Source: Candidatus Hydrogenedentota bacterium (GTDB taxonomy: Bacteria > Hydrogenedentota > Hydrogenedentia > Hydrogenedentales > SLHB01). Taken from it: a stretch of DNA of 64,000 bases. The stretch is from positions 276,337 to 340,336 of the forward strand of contig BTWA01000001.1 in assembly GCA_045863295.1 (NCBI GenBank), given 5' to 3'. The translations under genes were made by a program, and so were the position numbers. Shown here in pieces: positions 27,323 through 36,597 of the stretch (the stretch's first letter is position 1; the number at the start of each line of letters is the position of its first letter). The notes under the pieces were generated by a model. That model did not search any database. It was not told the origin of the DNA and saw only the letters and a program-made list of their open reading frames with translations.

Positions 27323-28131
27323 TCTGCCGCGCGATCACCGTTGGCCTTCTTTTGTCCGGCGCAATTATTACACTCTACCCTTTTGCGTGGATGATCGGCA
27401 CGGCGTTTCAGAGCGAAACGCAATCCGCGCTCACAAGGCTATGGTTCTGGCCGGCCGATTGGCACTGGGAAAACGTGGCGGAGACCTTTCGCGCGGCGCC
27501 CTTTGGCCGCTATTTCTACAATACGATGATCACGTCCGTTGTGGTGACCGTTAGCGTTGTCCTCACCTCGCTGTCCGCGGGGTATGCGTTTGCGCGGCTT
27601 CAATTTCCGGGGCGGCGCGGGCTGTTCGCGCTCATCCTCGTCACCATGATGATTCCGTTCGAAGTGGCGCTGATTCCCAACTTCCTGCTCATTCGCGCGT
27701 TGAACTGGTATGACACGTTTGCCGCGCTCATCGTCCCGTGGTGCGCCAACGCATTTTCCATCTTTCTGTTGCGTCAGGCGTTTCTGGGTTTGCCGCGCGA
27801 TTACTTCGACGCCGCGCGTGTCGATGGATGCGGCCACCTGCGTTTCCTCGCGCGGATTGCCGCTCCGCTGGTCAAGCCCATGCTTTCCACCGTGGGCCTC
27901 TTCACCTTTTTGGGAAGCTACAATGCGCTGCTCTGGCCGATCATCGTCACGCAGAGCGAATCGATGCGGGTCGTGCAGTATGGCCTCACCGTATTCTGGG
28001 GATCGGCCGGCGTGCAGATGAATTTGCTCATGTGCGCATCCGCGATTGTGACCGCTCCGACCGTGGCGTTATACTTCCTCGCACAACGCCATTTTGTGGA
28101 CAGTGCCCTCAACGCGGGTATCAAGGGGTAG
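27319..28131 (+). CDS. Carbohydrate ABC transporter permease (CUT1)
   Basis: ATGA overlap; AGYAFARLQFPGR, TMMIPFEV, LPRDYFDAARVDGC. Confidence 0.92.
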   Translation: MICRAITVGLLLSGAIITLYPFAWMIGTAFQSETQSALTRLWFWPADWHWENVAETFRAAPFGRYFYNTMITSVVVTVSVVLTSLSAGYAFARLQFPGRRGLFALILVTMMIPFEVALIPNFLLIRALNWYDTFAALIVPWCANAFSIFLLRQAFLGLPRDYFDAARVDGCGHLRFLARIAAPLVKPMLSTVGLFTFLGSYNALLWPIIVTQSESMRVVQYGLTVFWGSAGVQMNLLMCASAIVTAPTVALYFLAQRHFVDSALNAGIKG

Positions 28132-28157
28132 CCCACCACCTTAATCGGGACTGCACT

Positions 28158-29480
28158 ATGCGCCAAACCATTGCCGGCACGCTCACGGTCTTGTGTCTTG
28201 CTCTCCCGGGTTGCGGCGGATCCGGTACAGGGTCCGGACCTGCATCGGAGGATGCGCCGTTTAAGTCGATTGACCCTGCCGCGGTTGTGTTGTGGGACCG
28301 GCAAACACAAGAGTTTTCCGATCTCATCAAAAACATCGCGGATACGTTTAATAAAGACCGCGAAGGATTGCCCGTACGCGTCGAGTACATGGGCGACTAC
28401 AGCGATATCTACCGCAAGGTGACGCTGAGCATTCAAGCGGGCGAACTCCCCTCCATGGCCGTCGGGTACGAAAGCATGACCGCCGAATACGTGCGGTTGG
28501 GCGCGGTCCGGCCCTTGGGCGAGTTCATTCGCGATCCGGAATTGGGTTTTTCGGAAGAGGAGATTGCCGATTTCTTCCCCGGTGTCGTCGACACGAACCG
28601 GTACGGCCAGTTTGGCGGCGAGTACTACTCGTTTCCCTTCTGCAAAAGCGTGCTCACCCTGTTTTTCAACAAGCGCGTGTTGAAGAAGGCCGGTTTCGAC
28701 GGACCGCCGCAAACATGGGACGACTTCCTGGAGCAATGCCGCGCCGTACGGGCCAAGACCGGCAACTACGGGTACGCCCTCAATGCCGACTGTTCCACGC
28801 TCAATGGCATGATCTTCAGCCGGGGCGGCGACATTGTCTCGGGCAATCAATCGCTGTACGACTCGCCCCAATCAATTGCCGCATTCGAATTCCTTGAAAC
28901 GCTCGCGAAAGAAAAACTCGCCTATCAAATCACGCCAGGCACCTACGACGACCGCGAAGCCTTTGCCCAGGACAAAGCGGCCTTCTTCTTCCGGTCAAGT
29001 GTTCACAGACCGTTCACGCAAAAGTTGATGCAGGGCGATCAGGACGCGTGGGGTCTTGCCATGATTCCGCAGGCCGATCCGGCCAATCCGTCCACAGTGT
29101 TGTATGGGCCGAATGTGATGGTCTTCAAAACGGGGAATGAACAAGAACGCGTTGCGTGGGAGTTTATCCGGCACTTCACCTCTCCGGAAATTTCTTCGAA
29201 TTGGGCGCTGATCACTGGGTACATCCCGATGCACAAATCGTCGGCAGCGGACCCGCGCGTTCAGGCCTACTGGAAAGAATGGGAATACAACCGCGTGCCG
29301 TTCGACAGCTTGGCCGTGGCCCGTGCCGAGCCCAATCTCGTGGGCTGGCAGGAAGTACGATCACTGGTGGAACGGGCTTGGTCCGATGTGATGTCTGAAG
29401 TCAAAACAGGCCGGGAAGCCGCGTTGGAATTGAAACAGCAGGCGGATGCGGTGCTCGCACGGTTCCAATCTGCGCGCTGA
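28158..29480 (+). CDS. ABC transporter sugar/sugar-phosphate-binding lipoprotein (UgpB-like)
   Basis: Lipobox LPG|C; YSFPFCKSVLTLFFNK, PPQTWDD, AWEFIRHF, TGYIP. Confidence 0.88.
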   Translation: MRQTIAGTLTVLCLALPGCGGSGTGSGPASEDAPFKSIDPAAVVLWDRQTQEFSDLIKNIADTFNKDREGLPVRVEYMGDYSDIYRKVTLSIQAGELPSMAVGYESMTAEYVRLGAVRPLGEFIRDPELGFSEEEIADFFPGVVDTNRYGQFGGEYYSFPFCKSVLTLFFNKRVLKKAGFDGPPQTWDDFLEQCRAVRAKTGNYGYALNADCSTLNGMIFSRGGDIVSGNQSLYDSPQSIAAFEFLETLAKEKLAYQITPGTYDDREAFAQDKAAFFFRSSVHRPFTQKLMQGDQDAWGLAMIPQADPANPSTVLYGPNVMVFKTGNEQERVAWEFIRHFTSPEISSNWALITGYIPMHKSSAADPRVQAYWKEWEYNRVPFDSLAVARAEPNLVGWQEVRSLVERAWSDVMSEVKTGREAALELKQQADAVLARFQSAR

Positions 29481-29485
29481 CCCTG

Positions 29486-30247
29486 CTACTTCGGCTCTTC
29501 AAGACCCATAATCGGCTTCAGCCAGAGCATGATTTGATCGGGCACCGTGGGCACGCCGTCGAGCAGGTCGTGGCCCTGATAGGTGCCCGCATATTCGCGA
29601 AACTCGCACTGACCCTCGGCCTCCTCTTTCAATACCATGCACGTCGATGCCGCGTACGTGTCGCCCTGGGAAGCCATCAGCAGGACCGGCCGGTTGCCGT
29701 ATGCGCTCATGAGACCCGTGCTGGGCACGCCTTTGAGCGATTTGCCAGGAGAGATCATCACCAGCGCCACAATATCCGGTTGATCCAGGGCAAAGTGCAG
29801 GGCAAGGTTCGCGCCTATGTCGACGCCGATAACCGCCATATTGTCAGCGGATACCCCCTCCGCTTCCAATGCGCTCCGCGCCGCGCCGATGTCGCCCAAC
29901 GTTTGAAGCCAATCTTCGGCGTCAAAATCGCGATACGCGCCTCCTTCGTGACCCCGCAAGGTCAGTGACATGACGGCATAGCCGGTTCGTTGCGCCAGCA
30001 GCGCGAGCGGCGTCATTGCATTCAAATCGCGGCCATAGCCATGAATCAGAATCAGGCCGGGAGCGTCGGGCCGCGCGGATTGGAAGTATTCGATGGGCAC
30101 GGGCGCCCCATCCGCGGCAAGAATCTGCCGCTGTTGTCCAGCCGCCGGGCCTCTCGCACTTCGATTGCCGCATCCCGCGCACAACAGGCACGTGAATACC
30201 GCCAATGCAAAGGCGATTCGAGTAGAGTTGGCGATGAGTCGTTTCAT
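29486..30247 (-). CDS. Alpha/beta-hydrolase-fold lipoprotein with an atypical nucleophile elbow
   Basis: Lipobox CAG|C; LIHGYG, LRGH, elbow GVDIGANLA, PVLLMASQGD. Confidence 0.75.
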   Translation of the reverse strand: MKRLIANSTRIAFALAVFTCLLCAGCGNRSARGPAAGQQRQILAADGAPVPIEYFQSARPDAPGLILIHGYGRDLNAMTPLALLAQRTGYAVMSLTLRGHEGGAYRDFDAEDWLQTLGDIGAARSALEAEGVSADNMAVIGVDIGANLALHFALDQPDIVALVMISPGKSLKGVPSTGLMSAYGNRPVLLMASQGDTYAASTCMVLKEEAEGQCEFREYAGTYQGHDLLDGVPTVPDQIMLWLKPIMGLEEPK

Positions 30248-30286
30248 AAACAACCGAGGGGATCGGCCATGAGTCCGATCCCCTCG
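30248..30286 (-). terminator. Intrinsic terminator-like hairpin downstream of the SCP2 gene
   Basis: Perfect 12-bp stem CGAGGGGATCGG (30255-66)/CCGATCCCCTCG (30275-86), followed on the minus strand by GTTGTTT. Confidence 0.6.
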
Positions 30287-30313
30287 TCACATGATTCCGT
30301 ACAAAGGCCCCAA

Positions 30314-30637
30314 TTAGATCTTGAAAATGCTCTGGAGTTTCATGGCCAGGCTCATATCGCCTTTGATCTTCAGCTTTCCCGTCAAGAAGGCTGTTTGACC
30401 GTTTAGTTGTCCGGATACGATCTTCAACCAGTTTTCATCCGTTGTGGTCAACGTGATGTTTGGCGTGTCCGCCGTGCCCTGGACAATATCCACAGAACCA
30501 TCGGCCAGCTTCACGTACCACTGCCCGCCGTTGTCGCCGGAGATGTCGAATTGATAAATGCTGTTCATGCCTGCGGTCTTCGCAGGGTCAATCTTGCTGG
30601 AAAGCTCGGAAAAGAACTGTGCAACAGAGTCTGCCAT
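30314..30637 (-). CDS. SCP2 sterol/lipid-binding domain protein
   Basis: YQFDISGDNGGQWYV, LNGQTAFLTGKLKIKGDMSLAMKL; RBS GGAGGGAG. Confidence 0.93.
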   Translation of the reverse strand: MADSVAQFFSELSSKIDPAKTAGMNSIYQFDISGDNGGQWYVKLADGSVDIVQGTADTPNITLTTTDENWLKIVSGQLNGQTAFLTGKLKIKGDMSLAMKLQSIFKI

Positions 30638-31739
30638 GTCGAAAACTCCCTCCTGGTTTTTTTAGGACCGCACCGATGGCCTTGCAATCGGTTGTCGTGC
30701 CTTGCCCCTGAGTCAAACCCTTCCAACCGTTACGCGCCGGCCCCTCCTGAATGGATTGAAACTGCGCGTGTCACCCGCTGTAAGCAAAGGCGCCGCCTAT
30801 GCTTGGACGTGTTACTCTACCACAGGCGCCGGATCTGGTCAATCTGTATACCTAGCGGTAGGAAGGGGTTCCGCCGGATTGTGGCCGTCTGCGCGTCCCG
30901 CATCCCACGCCCAACCGGAACGCGCTTGCCCTTCTGAAAACCTCGGGCGTTCCCCATCCGGCGCGCCGCGGGCCCGTTCCGTGACGGCCGGTTTCCCTCG
31001 GCCAAAAGCATTCGGAAATCATAGCGCTCTCCAGAGTTTTTTTGTCCGTGACGTGCGCAATTTGGAGACGAGAATCGCGTGCACCTGAATGTGAATCGAA
31101 CGTACATTCTTTCCTCAATCCGAAACCTCGATTTGGATCGCAGTCGCGATCCAAACTCGCACTCGATCGCGTCGAATTTTACAACCGCGAACACACACGA
31201 TTCAGGCGCGACGATTTCCGCGCGCGAGCATGCAAGCGATGCCAAAACTGTCGTTTGCCGTCTTTTTCAAAAAAATTTTTTCAGCCGGGATGAACGCCTG
31301 AAAACCGTTCTTTGCACCCTTTCGAAGGTTGGATCCGGCGATCGCAATTGGACGATCGCATCGTTCGTGATCGCAGATCGGCCTTATTTTATAGGGTGAT
31401 CCACGATCGACGCCGCATTCGCACGCACGAACAAACGGGGAGCGATAACCACTTTGAGCGGTCTCGAATGGTCGTGATCGGGGATAGTCGTAAAGAAATA
31501 AAAAACAAGAAAATGCTTGCTATTTTTTACGTTCTCTGCTACACAAATACTAGTCGGTTGTACAACGGAGCGTCGATGAGGTCTCAAAAGACGACGCAAC
31601 GGTGCCAACGACACGAGCGGAAGGAACAAAAATCCGCTTCCGAAAATTGAATCAAAGTGACGATGCGAACGAAAAATCTTTGCGGTCCAGGTTGGCCAAT
31701 GAACCTATGTCGGAGTGCTGGTCCCACATCGACCCTGGC

Positions 31740-31767
31740 TTGCGAAAGATGCGTTTCCGGGTACAAT
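31740..31767 (+). promoter_or_regulatory. Candidate sigma70 promoter upstream of the H1-like gene
   Basis: TTGCGA, 16 bp, TACAAT. A second candidate, TTGCTA-17-TACACA with an A-rich upstream tract, lies at 31517-31545. Confidence 0.45.
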
Positions 31768-32098
31768 TGAGAAGTGAATCGCCGGAAGGCAGTTTGCATC
31801 ACGTGAATGCATGAAGAGTCTCGGAGGAAGGCCGTACGCTCGGTGACAGTGAGCGCAAGATGGCCTTTTCGTGGGGTAGTAGGGAGCAATACGGGGTTCG
31901 ACACGGCAATCTGGACGGGTTGCCGGGCGCCATTTCCCAATTTCCCAATGAAATACCCCGGGATTTCTGTGTACAACGGGCGTCTGAGGCCGCCCGTGCC
32001 GTCAACCCAGCGCACGTCGGGAGGCAGGGAATCGCGTTCCAAGCCCCTTCCTTCCGTCGTAATACGTGGCAGAGGCATAACGAAAGGAGGAATCTGTA

Positions 32099-32278
32099 AT
32101 GGCAATGGCGAAGAAGAAGGCTGCAAAGAAGAAGGCCGCTCCGAAGAAGAAGGCGGCGCCGAAGAAGAAAGCAGCCCCGAAGAAGAAGGCCGCCCCGAAG
32201 AAGAAAGCGGCTCCGAAGAAAAAAGCGGCCCCGAAGAAAAAAGCCGCCGCGAAAAAGAAGACCGTCGCGAAAAAGTAA
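32099..32278 (+). CDS. 59-aa histone H1-like Lys/Ala/Pro-rich protein (absent from the ORF track)
   Basis: AAGGAGG RBS 8 nt before ATG 32099. Translation is MAMAKKKAA(KKKAAP)6KKKAAAKKKTVAKK*. Codons vary synonymously among the repeats. Confidence 0.88.
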   Translation: MAMAKKKAAKKKAAPKKKAAPKKKAAPKKKAAPKKKAAPKKKAAPKKKAAAKKKTVAKK

Positions 32279-32618
32279 CCCGTAGCTTCTACGGTCTGCT
32301 TTGACATTTGAACCATCCCGACTGCCAGAGGTTGCGCTTCACGGCGCCGGCTCTACGACGTAGAGCCACGGGCAGAAAAGATGGTCAAATTCACACGATT
32401 CGAGCGGTCACGCATCTGAGGCACGTTGGATTTTCCAAAAGAATTCCGGCGTGCCTCATTCTTTTAACTCGCGCACTGGATCGGCCGCCACCGTTTGTGG
32501 CATTCCTAGGGCGTACCAAGAACAACTGAACCCAACGCAACCCAACGTCCAAAGAACCGGACGGACTGCGGCTTCCCGGCCCGGCAGGCGTTGCGCGCAT
32601 TTTAGAACGAGGTAAATC

Positions 32619-34814
32619 GTGCCAACCACCCCTAACCCCGACAAACTTCGAGCCGGCTTGTTACAGGCCATTGCCGAAGCCAAAGCGCCGGGTGCATGCG
32701 CCATTATCGGAGACGCCGAACACACCTATCTGCACGACGCGCAGGGAGCGCGGCAGTTGATTCCCACCCGGCTTCCGGTGGAAACCTCCACCCTGTACGA
32801 CTTGGCGTCACTTACCAAAGTCATTGCCACTACGACGGCTCTCATGCAGCTTTATGAAGCCGGCGAAATCGATCTCGACCAGCCGGTATCCGATATCTAT
32901 CCGATTCCAGCCTTTTCCGCATTTACCATCAGGCATTGCCTGACTCACACCACGGGCTTGTCCGCCGGTCTGCCGTATTACAAAGACGCCAAGAGCATTG
33001 ACGAAATGCTGCAGCGCTACTCCGCCCTCCCGCTCAAGTGGACGCCGGGTTCGCGCTGGTTGTACTCCGATGTCGGGTTCATGCTCCTCGGCCGCATTGT
33101 GGAACTCAAGGCCCGTGACTCCATTGATTCGTACTGCAAACGCCACATTTTCGATCCCCTGGAAATGACCCGAACCCTGTACACGCCGCCCAAGGATCTC
33201 GCGCCGCTCTGCGCGGCGACAGAGCAATGTGCGTGGCGCAAACGCGTCATCGCAGGCGAAGTCCACGATGAAAATTGTTCGGCCGTGGGCGGCGTGGCCG
33301 GGCACGCGGGCCTGTTTGGAACCGCTGAGGATCTCGCCAGATTCTGCCGGGCGCTACTTACGGGAAGGCTGCTCAAGAGCAAGACAGTCAGTCAAATGAC
33401 CGCGTTTGGCCAAACGATTCCGTACCCATGGCAGGGACTGGGCTGGCAAATTGATCCGTGGGCCAGCAAAAACCAGGGCTATTTGCCGTCGCGAACCGCC
33501 ATCGGTCACACGGGCTGGACGGGAACCAGCATTTGGATGGACACCGCAACCGGGCTGTTTGCCGTGTTATTGGGCAACACATGCCATCCCAGCCGGACAG
33601 AGCGCGACAACGGTCTCTATCGCCGCGTCTTCTACACCGCGGTCGCAAAAGAATTCTACGTCAACACCACGACCCACTCTGGACTGGATCGCCTCCTGCG
33701 GGAAGACTTCGCCGAATTGCGCGGTCACCGTATTGCGCTCTTGACCAACCATGCCGCCGTGGATCAACAGGGCCGCCACGCGTTGGACGTGCTCAAAATC
33801 GCGCCCGATGTCCGTATTGCCACCTTGTACAGTCCGGAACATGGCATTCGCGGCCATGCCGAAGCGGGCGAATCCGTCGCGTCGGAGAACGGCCCCATAC
33901 CCGTCGTCAGTCTTTACGGCGACCGGAAATTCCCGTCCAAGGAAGAACTGGAATCCATCGATTATTTTGTCGTCGACCTTCAGGACATCGGCTCGCGATA
34001 CTACACCTACATGTCCACCATGAAGGATTGTCTGGCCGCATGTGCCGCCATGAAAAAGACCGCGCTCATTTTGGACCGCCCCAATCCCGTGGGCGGCGCC
34101 GTATTGGAAGGGACCATCGCTCAGACCGTGGGATCCCCGGTCTGTTGCGCCCCGATTCCCGTGCGCCATGGCATGACCATGGGAGAATTAGCGCTGTACT
34201 TTCTCCAAACAGAGTTCTCGGCCACTCCGCTTCGCGTTCTGGTCAGTCCGTTGGACAATTGTGAGCGCGCTCGCTTCTTCGACGAATGCACGCTCCCGTG
34301 GGTTCCCCCTTCTCCCAACATGCCCACAGCGGAAACAGCGTTGTTATATGTGGGCACGTGCCTGTTTGAAGGCGTCAACGTCAATGAAGGCCGGGGCACC
34401 GACACGCCGTTTCATGTAATGGGATCGCCATGGATGGATGCAAAGCGCATCGTCGAAAACGTCCACCCCGAAGATCGTCCCGGTATCGATTTGGAGCCCG
34501 TCCGCTATACGCCCAAAGCCATCCCCGGCAAGGCGGCCAATCCCGCCTATCGCGATGAGGCATGCGAAGGCGTTCGTCTGATTGTGCGCGACAAGCGATC
34601 GGCGCGGCCCTTTCGCACGGCAATCGCCCTGCTCGCCGCCCTGCGCGAACTACATCCCCGAAAGCTCGAATTCAAACCCATGTTCGATGTACTGGCCGGA
34701 GGCGACGCTTTGCGCACCCGCATCCAAAACGGCGACGCCGCTTCCGCCATCGTACTGGACAGCGAAGCGGCGCTGGCGGCATTTGACGCAGTCCGGCCCA
34801 AACGCTACGAATAA
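32619..34814 (+). CDS. Beta-lactamase-family serine hydrolase (AmiE-like) fused to DUF1343 exo-beta-N-acetylmuramidase (NamZ-like)
   Basis: N-half: DLASLTK (SxxK), YSD, GHAGLF, GHTGWTG. C-half: SPEHGIRG, DLQDIGSRYYTY, LDRPNP, RHGMTMGELA, PPSPNMPT, EGRGTDTPF. Confidence 0.9.
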   Translation: MPTTPNPDKLRAGLLQAIAEAKAPGACAIIGDAEHTYLHDAQGARQLIPTRLPVETSTLYDLASLTKVIATTTALMQLYEAGEIDLDQPVSDIYPIPAFSAFTIRHCLTHTTGLSAGLPYYKDAKSIDEMLQRYSALPLKWTPGSRWLYSDVGFMLLGRIVELKARDSIDSYCKRHIFDPLEMTRTLYTPPKDLAPLCAATEQCAWRKRVIAGEVHDENCSAVGGVAGHAGLFGTAEDLARFCRALLTGRLLKSKTVSQMTAFGQTIPYPWQGLGWQIDPWASKNQGYLPSRTAIGHTGWTGTSIWMDTATGLFAVLLGNTCHPSRTERDNGLYRRVFYTAVAKEFYVNTTTHSGLDRLLREDFAELRGHRIALLTNHAAVDQQGRHALDVLKIAPDVRIATLYSPEHGIRGHAEAGESVASENGPIPVVSLYGDRKFPSKEELESIDYFVVDLQDIGSRYYTYMSTMKDCLAACAAMKKTALILDRPNPVGGAVLEGTIAQTVGSPVCCAPIPVRHGMTMGELALYFLQTEFSATPLRVLVSPLDNCERARFFDECTLPWVPPSPNMPTAETALLYVGTCLFEGVNVNEGRGTDTPFHVMGSPWMDAKRIVENVHPEDRPGIDLEPVRYTPKAIPGKAANPAYRDEACEGVRLIVRDKRSARPFRTAIALLAALRELHPRKLEFKPMFDVLAGGDALRTRIQNGDAASAIVLDSEAALAAFDAVRPKRYE

Positions 34815-34824
34815 AGGAGCGAGA

Positions 34825-35022
34825 TTAGTCTACTGGCGCATCCGCCTTGTACATGACGACAAATACCAAGTCCCCGGAACCCGCTCGGCCACCCGGTTCG
34901 TGGGACATACACACCTTGATATCCACCACGTCAACCCGCGATTGCTGAAGCCAGCCGTTCACCGCGCCGTCCAGAATATGAATCTTGTCCTCGTAACCCT
35001 TGAATGACTTCACAAATACCAC
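34825..35022 (-). CDS. Small hypothetical protein (65 aa)
   Basis: GGAGGGG RBS before GTG; globular beta-alpha-beta pattern (VKSF..LDGAVNGWL..VDVVDIK..VFVVMY). Confidence 0.65.
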   Translation of the reverse strand: MVFVKSFKGYEDKIHILDGAVNGWLQQSRVDVVDIKVCMSHEPGGRAGSGDLVFVVMYKADAPVD

Positions 35023-35369
35023 GATGAATCCCCTCCAGTTAGGCCGTCAACCCGCATTTTGCATCACGCTTAAAGCGAGCGTGGAAGACTGAAGTACAGT
35101 CTCCGTGGTGCAAAATGCACACACAGAATAGTTTGGGCTTGAAACGCAAAGAAAATTTCACGAGCACTGCACTTGCATCGGATTGGTCAATGGCCCGGCA
35201 GTATAGTTGTTCCACAGTTAGTTGGACAAAGTCGTGAAATATACGGGTTAATCGTTGCCGGCGTCTTCCGCGCCCGGTCTCGATGCGCCGTCATTCCCAA
35301 ACCAGCCGAATCGTTATACCACAGAAATCCAACGCACTCCGAAACCGGACGTCACGCCGCGATTCCGCA

Positions 35370-36311
35370 TCAGAATAACTCCGCCTGCCGCGGGTCACCA
35401 TGCTGACGGATCGAGGCCGCGCCCGTTATCCGATTCGGATCGAATTGACCATCCGGTCCCAAAAGCGGCACCGCACCGGCGGCCTGAAGCAATCGGGCTC
35501 CCTCGGGAAACGACGGCGCCGGATACACCAGCACGGGCTTGCCTTGTTCAATGGCCGCGCGCCCTGTGCGGATGCTTCCGCCCTTCTTCTTGGGCTCAAT
35601 GACACACACCAAATCCGAGAGTCCACTGATAAACGCGTTACGTTCTACCGCGGCGTGGGTTTGCCATTCCATGTCGGGTGGACACGCGCTGATCAACGCC
35701 AGCCGCCCTTCGTCCATGGCCTCAAGCGCTTCACGCGGCGGACGAAACGTCAGCACACCTTGCGGAAGTACCATCGCCGTGACGCCGCCACCCCCAATCG
35801 CAGCCGAATGCGCCGCCATGTCCACCCCTTGTGCGCCACCGCTTACGACCGTCATCGCGGCCTCAACAAGTGCCTCCGCGCAGGCTTGCGCCAACAGCAA
35901 CCCGCGCTCGCCCGCGTCGCGCGCACCCACGACCGCGCCGCACGGCGCCGCCAACACATCCATGTTGCCCGCAATCCAGAGCAATACCGGCGCGCTTTCC
36001 CCGAGCGATGACAAGAGTCCGCGCGGATAATCGTCGCTCTGTACCGTGACCGCTTGCGCACCCGCGTGAGTCGCTTTGAGGTATATCCGCTCCGCCTGTT
36101 CCCTGTGAGAAACAGCTGCCGCAAGAGAACTCACGACGCGCGCATCCGTATTCACGGGCAACGCCTCGGTCAATTGCCGGGGAGGCAATTGAAGCAGCGA
36201 ATCCAGCGGCATGCCCGCGGCCATCCCCGCGGCAAGTGCTTGCCGCGCTATCGCATTGCCTGCGCCCGGCGTGTTCAACACGGCAAGCAGCGCGATCGCA
36301 TCAAAAGACAT
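35370..36311 (-). CDS. dprA: DNA-processing protein DprA/Smf
   Basis: DDYPRGL, APVLLWIAGN, AVVGAR, VVSGGAQGVDMAAH, RNAFISGLS, GGSIRT. Confidence 0.88.
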   Translation of the reverse strand: MSFDAIALLAVLNTPGAGNAIARQALAAGMAAGMPLDSLLQLPPRQLTEALPVNTDARVVSSLAAAVSHREQAERIYLKATHAGAQAVTVQSDDYPRGLLSSLGESAPVLLWIAGNMDVLAAPCGAVVGARDAGERGLLLAQACAEALVEAAMTVVSGGAQGVDMAAHSAAIGGGGVTAMVLPQGVLTFRPPREALEAMDEGRLALISACPPDMEWQTHAAVERNAFISGLSDLVCVIEPKKKGGSIRTGRAAIEQGKPVLVYPAPSFPEGARLLQAAGAVPLLGPDGQFDPNRITGAASIRQHGDPRQAELF

Positions 36312-36597
36312 GATTCCTTGTCGCCTCCGCCTGCCAATTGCCTCGCCTCACATACACGCCAGGCTACCCTCGACGCCACGGAAACAACGGAATTCTACAT
36401 GCGGGCAGCCTATCCGGCATGGTACCATGCTGCGCCGGTCTGTATCATGGCCGGAAACATCCATTACGCGCGCCGGTTGGTGTAGCCCAATTGCAAGGTG
36501 CGCAATGGGGCTCGCGGGACGGGCCACCGGCCGGACTGAATCCAGTGGACATACTGCGACTTTCTCCGGCCCTTTGCACCGTCGAAGGAAAGCGTCT

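Noticed and set aside
31100..31560. Replication origin
   Set aside because: GATC-rich with AT tracts, but no convincing TTATCCACA boxes and no dnaA/dnaN/gidA context.
31872..31905. tmRNA/tRNA-like 5' end (GGGG...GGTTCGAC)
   Set aside because: No matching acceptor stem, CCA 3' end or cloverleaf found.
31807..32316. Glu-rich ORF 31807-32304 (+) and FFGAAF ORF 32002-32316 (-)
   Set aside because: Alternative frames of the KKKAAP gene, which has the RBS and the synonymous variation pattern.
32349..32367. Palindrome GGCTCTACGACGTAGAGCC as terminator or REP
   Set aside because: Single copy with no U-tract; function cannot be supported.
36211..36597. N-terminal extension of kinase-MurQ; likewise 44014-44181 and 27738-28157
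   Set aside because: These overlap neighbouring genes or precede clear domain or signal-peptide starts.
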